Below are positions 25,208 through 37,700 of a DNA stretch of 64,000 nucleotides, piece by piece (position 1 is the first letter of the stretch; each line of letters starts with the position of its first letter). Position numbers and translations under genes: made by a program. The notes under the pieces were generated by a model. It ran no database searches, was not told the origin of the DNA, and was given only the letters and a program-made list of their open reading frames with translations. Source of the stretch: Albugo candida (lineage: Eukaryota); the NCBI GenBank assembly GCA_040437565.1, contig JBDOQK010000037.1:186001-250000 (forward strand). Direction: 5' to 3'.

Positions 25208-25570
25208 TGAAGATAAAGTATCTTCGGTATCAAAGTCGCATCTTCGTGTCTTTTCAAGAACGATTACCAGAATGTGACACGAAGGTGACAAGCATGAGTA
25301 TACAAATCTAGAAAGAGGAGTAAACCTCTGCATGCTTTTTAGTTTAGCTGATCAAGCGTTCTACCGTAAACGAATACACGGCCTCCTAGAAGAAATGCGT
25401 CATAAAGCTTGTGTTCTTAGTTGATGCAGGTATTCCGTTCAATGTGAGCAATCAAAAAGCGCGCAACTCTGAGTAAAGCGGACTTTTGTGTCCTCGTAAC
25501 GTAGCGTAGATAGCACCGTCTTCAAGTATGAATGCTAGTAATTACTTATAATCAATGGAATTCCACCATG

Positions 25571-27367
25571 TCAACCTGCGACGGCGAAATTACGAACATG
25601 TGAAACTGTATTCTTGGGTCGATGTTGAACGTCCTTACAAATTGAGATGTGCTCTTGAGCGCCGTTCGGAGCGAATTTGCGCTTGCAGCAGGGGCATATT
25701 ACCAGTGTAGACTGATGCTCTTTATAACTTTGCTCTAAATTCCTCATTGCTTTACTTTTATCGGAAGGTTTTTCCTGTTTATTGGAAATGTCTGTGAATC
25801 GTAAGCGTTCAGACTTGACAGGCTGCGATATTGGTCGGCTCGATTCTTTAGACGAATTGGGTTTGCCCCACGCGCCTTCTGCACCAAAAATTCGTGGACA
25901 AACAGCTTCATGCTTCTCCAGTCGACCAGGTGCGAACTTTCGCTTACAATGGCGACAAATTTCGAGTGGAACATACGAATCCTTCAAAATTACGCCGTTG
26001 ACTGTTTTACGCCGAGAGGATTTTTGTACAGTTGAGCTTTGACAAACAACTGGGTTTGTAATGGTGGATTTTCTTCTACGTGTGGTTCCTGTATCCTTCT
26101 TTTCCAGAGAAATATTTCGTGCGTCCTGGAAGTTTTTCAATAATGTTAAACTTTTTGTGACCGATTTTGCATCCATTGGTTTGCTTGGATTCTGAGGCCT
26201 TGGGTCCGGGCAAGCGGAGGCGTAATGTAAAGCACGAAGAGTATGGTCTTCAGATAGGACGCACAACATGCGTTGAAACGACTGATACATCGGAGTCATC
26301 TGTGCTTTGTGTAACTTTAATGGTAAGCATTCTGCAAAATGATCCTCAAACTTCTCAATGGGATCTTGATACTGGCCGCAAAAGCAGCAATATAATCCAC
26401 TCTGAGCTAAAATCTCTTCATTCGTTCGATCTTTCGATTTATCCACCTCATCAATCGATTCCAATATTTTGGGTTGACACAAATCCGAATCGTGCTGTGC
26501 TTGTGTGACGGAACAGGTACTTTGAGGTTCGAAGTCAGGTCTACATAGATGCATTATGAGAATTAATATCTGTCTTTCGTTACCAAGTACTAAGTACCTT
26601 TTCCAAGAGGATTCCCTAGTATATTTATTATAATAATAGACTCTTCCGTTGGCGGTGTAGGCTTCGAGCCAATCCTGTTGGCCCTGATTATTTGATTTCT
26701 TCTCAGCTACCCCACGTTTCTGGTCTTCGTTAACTTGCATCAAATCACGTGTGGGCATTCTCCCTTCATTCACATGTTGCTCCAAATTCCTTGCATCATT
26801 TGCCTCTGTATCTTTTGATGTCCGGCAATTCAAATCGGTCACGGATTTATCAGTCCTCAACGATGTCTCTTGTGTATTTTTACTGTTGTTGTCATTAGAG
26901 AAGATTCTATCACCCACACTTGCCTGATCTACTCCGTCACTGCTACTGGAGTCTTCTTCACTGAGCTGGTTTAATATTCTAAGTGCTGCAGCCATGCTTG
27001 GATCATTATCCACTACCATTCGCTTTTGACCGTCTTGAAACCTGTTCTCCGTTTCGATTCCTTTTATTTTCGACATACTCGAACTTTTCTTCTCTTCCAA
27101 TATCTCAGCGTCACGTTCGATAGAAACACGAAGTTGCTTTGTCATCCATTCGATAGAAGCAAATGATTGCGCTAATGAATCGTCCTCCTTTTGTACCATT
27201 TCGTCATTATCACTATCTTCTGATCGAATCGGCTCCACCTGTTTCTCTAAAATGCAATCAGATTCATAATTTCTTTCATAATTGCCACTATGGCGGTCAA
27301 TCGTGGCGGACAAAGCGTCCATTGTCAATACTACACATATAGTGTGATACATTATAATAGGGGACAT
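25571..27367 (-). CDS. WW domain plus C2HC zinc-finger protein (ZC2HC1-like)
   Basis: WLEAYTANGRVYYYNKYTRESSW; CRHCKRKF..RLEKHEAVC and CPCCKRKF...HISIC; probable in-frame intron 26541-26597. Confidence 0.8.
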   Translation of the reverse strand: MSPIIMYHTICVVLTMDALSATIDRHSGNYERNYESDCILEKQVEPIRSEDSDNDEMVQKEDDSLAQSFASIEWMTKQLRVSIERDAEILEEKKSSSMSKIKGIETENRFQDGQKRMVVDNDPSMAAALRILNQLSEEDSSSSDGVDQASVGDRIFSNDNNSKNTQETSLRTDKSVTDLNCRTSKDTEANDARNLEQHVNEGRMPTRDLMQVNEDQKRGVAEKKSNNQGQQDWLEAYTANGRVYYYNKYTRESSWKRYLVLGNERQILILIMHLCRPDFEPQSTCSVTQAQHDSDLCQPKILESIDEVDKSKDRTNEEILAQSGLYCCFCGQYQDPIEKFEDHFAECLPLKLHKAQMTPMYQSFQRMLCVLSEDHTLRALHYASACPDPRPQNPSKPMDAKSVTKSLTLLKNFQDARNISLEKKDTGTTRRRKSTITNPVVCQSSTVQKSSRRKTVNGVILKDSYVPLEICRHCKRKFAPGRLEKHEAVCPRIFGAEGAWGKPNSSKESSRPISQPVKSERLRFTDISNKQEKPSDKSKAMRNLEQSYKEHQSTLVICPCCKRKFAPNGAQEHISICKDVQHRPKNTVSHVRNFAVAG

Positions 27368-27412
27368 TCGTATCTATTTAACTCGCATGAGCGCCTACCT
27401 GTTCTACTTGCG

Positions 27413-30400
27413 CTACGAAGACTCTTGCTGACGCTTGAGGTGCACGAAAACATCCTTGAGCAGCGTAACCTTGTTTGTTCTTTCCATCGACAACTGCGTG
27501 CAAAATGCATCTGCTTGTTCTGGCGTTATATTCATGGAAGGCAGGATGTGATTCCGAAGAAATAAAACAAACTCATTTCCGAGCGCCTGGACGCCGCACT
27601 GCAGCAACAATGCCATTTCTTTCACTACCAACATTGACTGAGCATCTTCAGGATTAAAGTGTTCTTTTTGAGCGAATGAGAACACGGAAGGAGTGAATTT
27701 TTCCGCCAGCCACTGAGAATACCAAGCCTTCACTTCTGCCGGAAAAGAGTCACTCGAGCACTCGGATAAGCCTAACCAACGGGATCCGACTTGATGCGCT
27801 ATTGTGTAACAAGTTCGGTTGATCTGAAGATCTGTCGTGTACGAACAGCCTTCCAACACAATGGTGAAGATAGCTTCCAGATGCGAACGATTAGAACAGC
27901 TGAGGAAGATATCATCCAGCTCATGAAGGACAAGGTGGAGCATGAACAAATACAGGTACTTTAGCGTTTGCTCACGTTCAAGCTGATGAGAGTTCTTCAC
28001 TACTGATCCATTGTCTGTTCTGGTCACAATTGCGTCTTCGGTTGGCATTACCGACCATAAATGCTGCATGAACTGTATCGCATATAGCTCCATGAATGAC
28101 TTGAATTCTTTTTTGAATTTAATGATGAGCTGATTGAGTAGCTGGACGATTTCCACTACTTCTTGACTTTCGCAATGCAGCATCAGACGCTTGAGTGTCT
28201 CACTCGCATGTGCAAGAAACTGCTTTCCATCCAGAATACTAACCAAGCGATGCAGAAGGAAAATCACTTTGGACCGAACCATAGTTTGCTGGTTTATGAT
28301 CGGAATTTCCAAGACCTTATTGATTGCCAACAGGACTTGCTTCAATATCTGCTCTTGTTCGCTGATGCATTCTTTACCTTTGAATGCTTTCAAAAAGTAT
28401 GCTATGGCATTGAGCAACCGGGAAATGTATGCAGCCACGTCTTCCATGTCGCTTCTGGATCCCCCACGCTCAGCCAACTGTGTTGCATCACTCAACGCCA
28501 TAAATAATGGTTCCAGAATGGTTTTTGTGTACTGATATTTCACCTGCAAAACATTGAGATCGGAGGTAGCATCTGAATTATAATGTAATCCTGCAATCAC
28601 ATGGCCAGCCAATTCGAACAAATACAATCGATCGTCATACGTCAGGAATGTTGAATCACTTGTCTTAATAGCAGAGACTTCTGGATTCGTTGCGACGACA
28701 AGCCGAGGGTACAAGGCTTGCAGGATTGTAGAAATATGAGGAATGATCAAATTACCAAGAGATCTCACAAGACGGATAAACATGTAGCACACACGCGATC
28801 GAACATGTCCATGCTGATTTTCAAGTCCATTCAATCCAAACATCATTGAAAGAAGGGAAGGAATCAGCTCCGGTTGATGGTGAAGGCAGCGAGTGTATCG
28901 AACAGCAAAATCATAATACGTCATTAGCACACTTGGATGATACGTTATTCCCAGACTAGCTTCGCCAAGAATACCAGCATGAATTCTCAGTATAATCCCC
29001 ATAAAAGTACCATTACGTTCCTCCAAAGCCTGAATGTCAGAGGCCGCACCTACACCCTCACGGAAGCGATAAATCATGAAAATAAATGATTCTAGATCAT
29101 TCGGATCCATTTGGCTAAATTGTGCTGGAAGTTGGTCGGCAAGCTCCATGAGGAAAGACAAGACATCGAAAGCTCGCTTGCGAATGATATTGACGTAGAT
29201 TTTGTATAGACTTCTTCGATACTCTTCCACTTCAGCTGCATCTGCGTCGACGTTATCCCACCGAGTTTGACGATAAATTCCATAGAGAATATGTTTGATC
29301 TGTTTAGAAGGCTGGAATATATTGGATTGTATCTGATCCGCTTCCGCTGCATCGGCAGTGTCATTTTGAATCAGTGATCCTATCGCATTGACAAGCTCAA
29401 AGACTTCTTCAGATACTTGCTGATTCTCGCTGCTAAATAGTTGCCACACAAGTGGAAGTATTTGGCAAAACAATGCATTCGAAGCCAAAAAGCTTTCTTT
29501 ACATTCGTCGCGGGTACGAAATGCGTTGATGCATTCCGCTAGTTCGAGCCCGATTGCATTCACAACTTCCGCAACTTCCTCAGCAAATGTATCGTCTTCA
29601 TGGATTGGTAGCGCTTGCAGAATCTCGCAAATGTTCAAATGACGTAATAGAGCTAATTTTTTCTCATGATCCATTCCTTTGTCAATGATTTCAAAAATGC
29701 AATTTATCGCCAAACATCGCAGATGAGAGCGTTCGCGAATGATCTGAAACAATAACGGGATGTATCGATCGTTTACGATAAGCTTTATGTCCACCCAGCC
29801 GATAAAGCACTTGAGCGTCTCCAATGCAGCAACCGAAAGCTGGTGTCCCCTCTCACTTTCGTCAGAGCTTGTAAGGACCTTGTAAAAGACATCAAATGCT
29901 TCGGCTATACAAGAGCCTTCTCGCATCGCATCCTTGATCTTCATATTGTGTGCTGTTGCTGTACTAGCTTTAGACGTGTCCACGTCCACAACTTCTTCGT
30001 AAATAGCTATTAAAATGCGAAAATACATCTCAACCATGCAATCTCCAAGTGGAAGAAGCTCCATCCAATCACTAAAAGCATTCGGCCAGCGCTCCGGGTA
30101 ATCGCGTTTAATCAGCAAAGTCCAAACAACAGCTATTTTGTTCTTCAGATACGTTGCGCTTTGCTCGACATACTGAGCATTCTGTTTGATGAATAGCAAT
30201 ATAACGGATCGAATTTGAATCGCAATATCATCGGACAGGCCTTGCGTTATCAATTCCTAAAAGAAGCTTTTAATTCGATTCGAAATCGATTGAAATTAGT
30301 AGAGATACCTGAATCACTTGCAGTGTGTAGAATTTGACGTGTTCGTATCGACTCAGTTGGAATAATCGAAGTGCATACTGCCAATTCGTGTTGGGATTGG

Positions 30401-30572
30401 CTTTTTGTTGGAGACAATACGCCTCTGCTTGCTGTTTGTTTGTCTGTGCAGCTTCGTCATTCATTGTTGCACCAGAGTAATGGAAGGCACACACAATCGC
30501 AGATTCATATTCGGCTAGATGAGTGTCATTTTCTTGCAGCACCGTTGCGCTCGGACCTGTTTCAGTGGCCAT
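27413..30572 (-). CDS. XPOT: Exportin-T (Los1/Xpo-t)
   Basis: VKFYTLQ, YLKNKIA...DYPERWPNAF, IKDAMRE, GWVDIKLIVND, VRSRVCYMFIRLVR; one intron at about 30257-30308. Confidence 0.85.
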
Positions 30573-30791
30573 TCTTATCGCCGTTTATGTCTTAATTATT
30601 GGCTACGAGACTTATTATATACCAATGAATGGAGTGTATATTACTTAGCCAAGTCTCCNNNNNNNNNNNNNNNNNNNNNNNNNNNNNNNNNNNNNNNNNN
30701 NNNNNNNNNNNNNNNNNNNNNNNNNNNNNNNNNNNNNNNNNNNNNNNNNNNNNNNNNNGTCGACGAAAGGCTTTTGCTGTCGACTATAAAA

Positions 30792-31085
30792 TCAGCCAGA
30801 GGAAAGACCTTTTCCTGTGTATTTCTTCAGTATCCATTCCATGTCTTGCAATACGCGCTCATGAATCTCCTTGATGCGATTTGGATCGGTCTCGTCGGAA
30901 TGTCCGATGAAGCCCTACGAATCGATTTTTTTATATGTTAGAAGAAAATTTGATACAAAAAATAGGTCCGTTCGTACACCACGAGCAAAGAGTCGGTAAT
31001 AATCGCGTTCGTGTGGCTTTAAACGCCGAGATTCACGAATAATGCGTCGATATAGAGCGATGCTTTCTCTTCTAACGCTATCCAT
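30792..31085 (-). CDS. LYR-motif protein (LYRM9-like), 2 exons
   Basis: ALYRRIIRE..YYRLFAR / GFIGHSDETDPNRIKEIHERVLQDMEWILKKY. Confidence 0.75.
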
Positions 31086-32463
31086 GTTGAGTCTACAACT
31101 TTGCTTTTTTACAAAAGAATATGATTTTGGAATTCGTAAGGTCGAATTGATTGACAAATGAACTGCAATGATGTCATCTTCGTCGTTAGCAACCGAAAAT
31201 TGAGATGAATCAGTTTTACCGTGTGCTTTGAGATCGAGATTTTGCCACTCCTAACACTCGATACTGCTCGAGGCACATTGCGTGACTGATCGTGGTCTAT
31301 TGAACAGACCAAATCCAAATGTATGCGCCCACGAATTGGTAATGCACTATGTGAACAAACGATTGCTACAGTTATGTTGTTCGTCGGATGCTAATTTATG
31401 CTTGTATTGAACATGATCATTCGTGCTTCAACTCAACGGAATGCAACCGCTTCACATAGCTTGCCTGGCGCCATAGTCTCTCATTGTGCGCAAGCATATT
31501 GTCAACATCATGATGGGAAACATAGAAGCAAAATGTCCAGTTATGAAGTGCTTTATCTCAAAAAATAACTACTACATGAAATCCTGTCTGTGAGTATAGC
31601 CTTTGGACCGTGTTTAAGCATTTTGCATTTTGACGTTGTCGAATCGTATACCCTGTTTTTTGCGCTATTGAGCGGGCCATAGGTCCATCATATCACACGC
31701 ATCTGTGCTGCGTAGACAAATGATCGCAATGGCGATATTAGGTACGCATACCGCATTATGCCGGGCGAATAGTATGATTGTCAATTCACGTTAGTGCTAT
31801 TGAGTCGCTTTTAGTATCCGTGTCGACACGAATGATATATCAGACTGATGGTCGACAAAAACGCGAGTATTCTGGCACGAACTTTTTGTTTGGTTCACTT
31901 GATGGAAAGACCGTAAATTTAGTTCAAGAGCGGTTATTGTTAACGGACTTGAACCAGCTAATTCAGTTTATAGCAGTGACTCGTAAGTCTCAGGATGACG
32001 TAGATAGTATTCCAACATAAATTTCCTATCGCAGATAAGGTTTTGTCTCCAATTGCTCGAGTTCCACAAGATAACTAGACTCTTGACGCGTCTCCTCAAG
32101 TGCGTGGCGTTCACAACTAGCTCTGTTTGTTCATTTTGATGAGAACCGGAATCTAGAACTTTCTGTATCCTTCCAGTTCCGCTATTCACCAATTTTATCA
32201 TCCAAGTCTCCAGCAATCGACTTTAAGACAACAACTTGGAGTGTCTTCTTGACGTTTGGACGTTATACTTAAACTTGTGCTTGATAGAATCAATTGAGCG
32301 ACCTATGACAGGTCGTCACACGTTTCTTCGTGTTATACTGCAGCGTAGCTCCAGTCTGAGCCGAAGGCTTTACACAATTTTGCAAATTTGAGCACCTGAA
32401 CATCAGCTTCTTGAAGTCTTGTATGGTACATTGATCAGCCGAATAAAAGCCCCTTCTGGAAGC

Positions 32464-33731
32464 ATGGCGCATCTTCATCTGAGTCAAGAGCTCGGCGATG
32501 AATTTCAAAAAGCGCAAACCGGAAAAATACGATTCATCAAGTCTCGTATACAAGATGAGCATTTTTTGTACAGTTCTTCCGCTGTAGCATCAGAAAGTTC
32601 TCACAATGATCTCAAACTACTCTGTCAACCGCCAAACATCGTCGCTGATGAAGCTTGTTTCATGCTATATTGTCCCAATGCATCTCCAGCCGCTTCAGTC
32701 GCTGCGTCAAAAGCACTTCAATGGATTTTGATTGCTTTTGTTCCCGACTTTGCGTCTGTAAGAGAGCGAATGCTGTACTCATCTGCTCGCGAATCATTAA
32801 AGCGTCAGCTCGGCTTTAGCTACTTTGTAGCAGAACTACACGCAACAGAGACGGTGAGAAAGAGTATTAAATGCCCCGAAAAGCGTCTTAATCGAAATTT
32901 ATTGCTTCCAGGAAGAAATAAGTTCTGAAGCGATAGATTTGGCTAAAGAACGACAGCTTGCAATAGATGCTCCACTCTCAGAAAAAGAACGAGTCTTGAA
33001 GGAAGATGCGATGCTTGCACGTGATACAAATGTCAAGTCATCGGCAATGAGCGCAATCCCTTTTGAAATGACTGAAAACCTCCGTGAGAAGCTCCAGCTA
33101 TTCCAGGATGAGAAATTTGACTGGCTTACAATGGTGAGAAAAGAAATTTGGAGGGAGCACTTTTACCAGTGGGATCGTGATATTTGGTAGAAAATCAATG
33201 TTGAAGGGCCAGCAGAGACCGTCGATGTCGTTAGGAGCCTAAAGGACGTGGATGCGCACGATATTGCTGATATATTGGATATTAAAACGCCTAGTTTTGT
33301 TGCTTATCGGTTGACTACTTCAGACGAGAAAAACATTCTACGTACGTATCCCTGCCTTGTGAGGGAACGAAGGGCTGACTTGCATGGTAACGTACAGTAT
33401 TTCTATATGTCTGTCCTGAAGATGTCCCAGTTCGCCAGAAAATGATCTATTCTACTGGCAAATCAACGCTATTAGCGACTGCCAGGACCCTGGGTATCCA
33501 GTTTGCAAAAATGGTCAGTTTTCATCTGTGGTTCCTTCCTTAATCTTTGGTCATCCGATTTTATAGATTGAGATCAATGACATTCATCGTGCTACGGAAG
33601 AAATTCAGGCTGAAATGGAGCCTTTAAGAGAATCGAATTCGAAAGAGCGAGAATTTTCTCGCCCAATGGCGCCCGGAAGGAATAGTAAAGGATCACGAGG
33701 ACGACAGGTACACACGGCGATCCATAAGTGA
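32464..33731 (+). CDS. TWF: Twinfilin (two ADF-H domains), multi-exon
   Basis: WILIAFVPDFASVRERMLYSSAR, PLSEKE, FLYVCPEDVPVRQKMIYS and C-terminal FSRPMAPGR. Confidence 0.85.
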
Positions 33732-33784
33732 AGTAGGAGACAGAAGCTCTAAATGATCTTGAAAATTTCTACATTTGTCAAAAA

Positions 33785-34582
33785 CTATTTTTTCCCCTTT
33801 TTTTTCCCCTTCTTCTTACTACTAGAAGATGAGATCACTGCTCCTGTTGTCACTGATAATGTCTTTTTGGCTGCTTCAGCTGCCTCTTTCTCCAATCGTT
33901 TTGCTCGAGATTGCAATTTTGGAATAAGGCTTCCCATTTGGACCATCAATTGTTTACCTACGTCCAGCCATAAAGGATAAGCTCACACAGCGTCAAGTGC
34001 ATCTATTGCGCTACTTACGAGACTGAATATTCGGATTCTCCCATTCATTGTTTGCATTCCGGAGCCGTACCCGCACTCTTCCAAGCACCATCCAGTCACG
34101 AGGATACCTCTTGTGGGTTTCGATCAAGTGAGGAAGGTTAAAGTACGCACAAATCTCGGATAATTCTTCAACCAGTGGATCGTCGCCTACATAATGAGTG
34201 AATGACTTGAATGGTGAATTTACAGCGACTCACATGCTTGGCTTTTTGGTATACGACGTCCCATCGCTAGTGTTTTCGCCGCGTTAATATAATTTGGGAA
34301 TATCGTGATAAAAGAGCGATCGATCGGTGTGTCTTTGGAGATACCATGATATACAATCACACCACCAGGTATACCACTGAATCCTGGAGGTAGCATTCCA
34401 TTTGATTGACCAGAACGCATCATTTCCATCATTTCTTGAAATCCCTCCATACCCATAGACATTGCTTGACTGCTACCATTAGTGGGTTCATCTTTTCTAT
34501 CGTAATTTTGCTCCAGTGAAAGTGCATTGGAGTCGTATCGCTCACCAGCAATGTTGGGTCGAGATCTCCCTTTACGCACCAT
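33785..34582 (-). CDS. SRP19: Signal recognition particle 19 kDa protein, 3 exons
   Basis: IFPNYINAAKTLAMGRRIPK, KRYPRDW...GRVRVRL, Lys-rich tail KKKGKKKGKK*. Confidence 0.88.
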
Positions 34583-34760
34583 GACGTATACTAAATTGTA
34601 CCGGTAGCATAAGTATCGGATACTCTCATAAGTACACACAATCACTCCTGCTATACACATTCACATACTCTATCCGTACCGGTTGCGAATGTAGCCAATC
34701 AGTGATCAGCTTCAATGCGTGCGTTGAAGTTGCACTAAGGCAACAGACGGAACGGTTCCC

Positions 34761-37700
34761 ATGGAAAACTATCATATTTTGGAGCGAATTGGCGAGGGTT
34801 CATTCGGAAAGGTATACCGTGGTCGACGAAAGTACTCAGGGCAGATTGTTGCTCTTAAATTTGTGTCGAAACGAGGCCGAAGTAGCAAGGAATTACACAA
34901 TCTTCGCGAAGAGGTTTGATCGAGCATTCATTCGTGTTACTTTGATGTAGATTATTACTCGTAGATTAATATTCTTACCCGGCTGAATCATGTAAATATC
35001 ATCACAATGCTGGATTTCTTCGAGACAGAAAATGAGTTTTGCATGGTGACAGAGTACGGGCATGGAGAGCTTTTCCAAGTGCTGGAAGACGATCGATTTT
35101 TACCGGAACCCGTGATCCGAAAAATTGCAATACAATTGCTACAAGCGCTCAAAGTGCTGCACACTCACAAAATCATTCATCGTGATATGAAGCCGCAGAA
35201 CATCCTCATTGGTGCCCATGATCAAATCAAGCTTTGTGACTTTGGGTTCGCTCGAGCATTACAGCATGACCATTCCGTTTTACATTCGATCAAAGGAACG
35301 CCTTTATACATGGCTCCTGAATTGGTGCAGGAGAAACCCTATAATTATACTGTGGATTTGTGGTCGTTGGGCGTTATTTTGTTCGAATTGGCAACTGGAA
35401 AACCTCCTTTTTATACCGACAGAATTGTACCGCTGATTCAGATGATCATACGTGAGCCCGTGCGGTACCCAAAGAGCATGTCCAAGGACTTGATGAGTTT
35501 TTTGAAAGGATTACTCAACAAAGAGCCACGAAAAAGACTGACTTGGCCGCATATACAAGAGCATCCTTTTGTCAGGGAAAACGCTCAGGAGATGGTGACT
35601 CGAGAAATGGAGCAGGAGACGACGAGAGTGCTACCACGCTTTTTTGCCGATGAGACGCTGCATGGATCTCCCGCAAAAACTGCTAGAAATATGAGCGTTG
35701 AACGTCTCAAGAATCACTACAAACGGAGTGCATCTACGGAAAAGAGTACGCATACATTGGAATCTGATCCACAGGAACAATCTTATACTTTATGTGCGGA
35801 TCAAAGATACAGAGGGAGTCAAAAAGTCAAGTCGACATCAAGTGGCAAGAATGTAATTGATCAACAGGAAGAGAGCAATACTGATGGGACCAAAAGTACA
35901 GATACTGACGTTGCGTGTCGTATGGAAGTTCTCTGGGAAGAATGTAAAGAAAAGTTGAAAGCTGGCAGCAACTTTTCAGATGGTGAATCAACAAAAGATA
36001 CCTTCACCAGCAATCGGATCGCAAGTCTCATTCACTTATGTACTTCTGTAACCGAAACAAGCTTGACTAGAGAATCTCCACGGGCCCAACAGATTATGCA
36101 GGAATTCACACATCAGTTATACCAGCTCTTTATTAGTTACCATCAAAGCTTCCAGGCAAACCGCAATCTCGTATTGCTTTCGATGAAAGATTTGAAGTGC
36201 CTGCACTACTCTCTTATCGATTGGACTCTTATCATGACGAGGCAAGTACGTGTTAATCGACAAGAATCATCCGAAAGAACCGTTTTGTGGCACAGACTTT
36301 TGCGGTGTTGCATCGTGATTAGCAATCTGCTGCAATCCTACTTTAAAAAACAAGAGAACGATCAACAAACATGCATTATGTACCGTGAATTCTGTCAGAA
36401 GAATATAGCCCTTGTGAAAAATGTTCTACGCGTGGATCCTTCTGACGCTATTGCTATACATGGAAAAATGTTCAAGTGGCTCGGTGCATTGATTGATCAA
36501 TCGCGGAATGTCGTTATATTGCTAAAAGAGGCTTACGAATCTGGAATTATCGAATTGCTCTGCACGTTGCTTCCGCGTCTGAAAGAGCTACTTCAAAATG
36601 GAGCCAACATCAAGTATGAGAACAACATACACTTCCTACTTCTTCTTCTCTCGGAATTCATTTGTCCAAACGGCCAGGATTGCCTTTCTTCATTACCAAT
36701 TCCCGTCATGCATGCGTCAACAAGCACAGCCACCGATATGAGAAGGCTTTTAATTGCAACTTCAGGAAAGATTGTTGAAGAAGAAGCAGTAAACCCTCAT
36801 GACTTTCAAGACGTCTGTGCTCGAATACGCTCCTGTGTTAGTCAAGCAATTGACGCAGGAGGATTGACAGTAATGACCAGCATGCTGAACAACACTTGGA
36901 AGAAACGCGATAGCAAACCGAGGCGAAACTCTACACCCGAAAGTTGGCAGGGTTCAGATCCCGAAAGACAAGCCGAAAACGAAAATTCCGTTACATGCTG
37001 CATTCTCAAGATATTACTATATGCAATGGACAGCTCAGACGGAAGGAATGCAGCCGTCCACTTACCCGAAAAGTCGCGTTTAGACACAGCACAAGATATT
37101 TGGAAATACAATGCATCGAATGTATCACTATTACTGCTTGAAGCGATCGAAAAGGATGCATTACGGCCAAGGGAACTACTTATGACAATTACGTTACTTT
37201 CTGTACTGATTCGAAACAAACATATAAAAGGAATGGAAGCTTACACTTGTGTGGCTACGATGTATCGAGAATTGATCAGAGCGAGACAGAATACGCTTCT
37301 GAGCTATTTATGTGCGTTCTTTGTCTCGATCGATGAATACAGTCTTCGCGAAATGGAATCCATAGGAGATGTCAACGTTGACGATCACGAGCAACTTACT
37401 CAATTTCTTCATCGTGGCATGATCAACAAGCAGTGCATGAGTAGCATATTATATCTCATTTTTCAAAAAGCAGAGTGCTACCCAATTCAAGACGACCACG
37501 GCATGTTGGCGAGTTTTCGTATTCGGGCTCGGGGCTTCCTGGACGCAGGAATCATGATCCTGATGAGATGTGCCACAAAGATCATTCCTGACCATCAAAA
37601 ATGGACTTTTGAGAGCGATTGTGGAAAAAAAGCATTGAAAAGTATCGAACTGCAAAAACGCCATTCTTTTGTATCACAATTTATCACTAGAAAAGGAATT

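Noticed and set aside
31100..32420. Possible gene between LYRM9-like and twinfilin
   Set aside because: Only short ORFs without recognisable motifs
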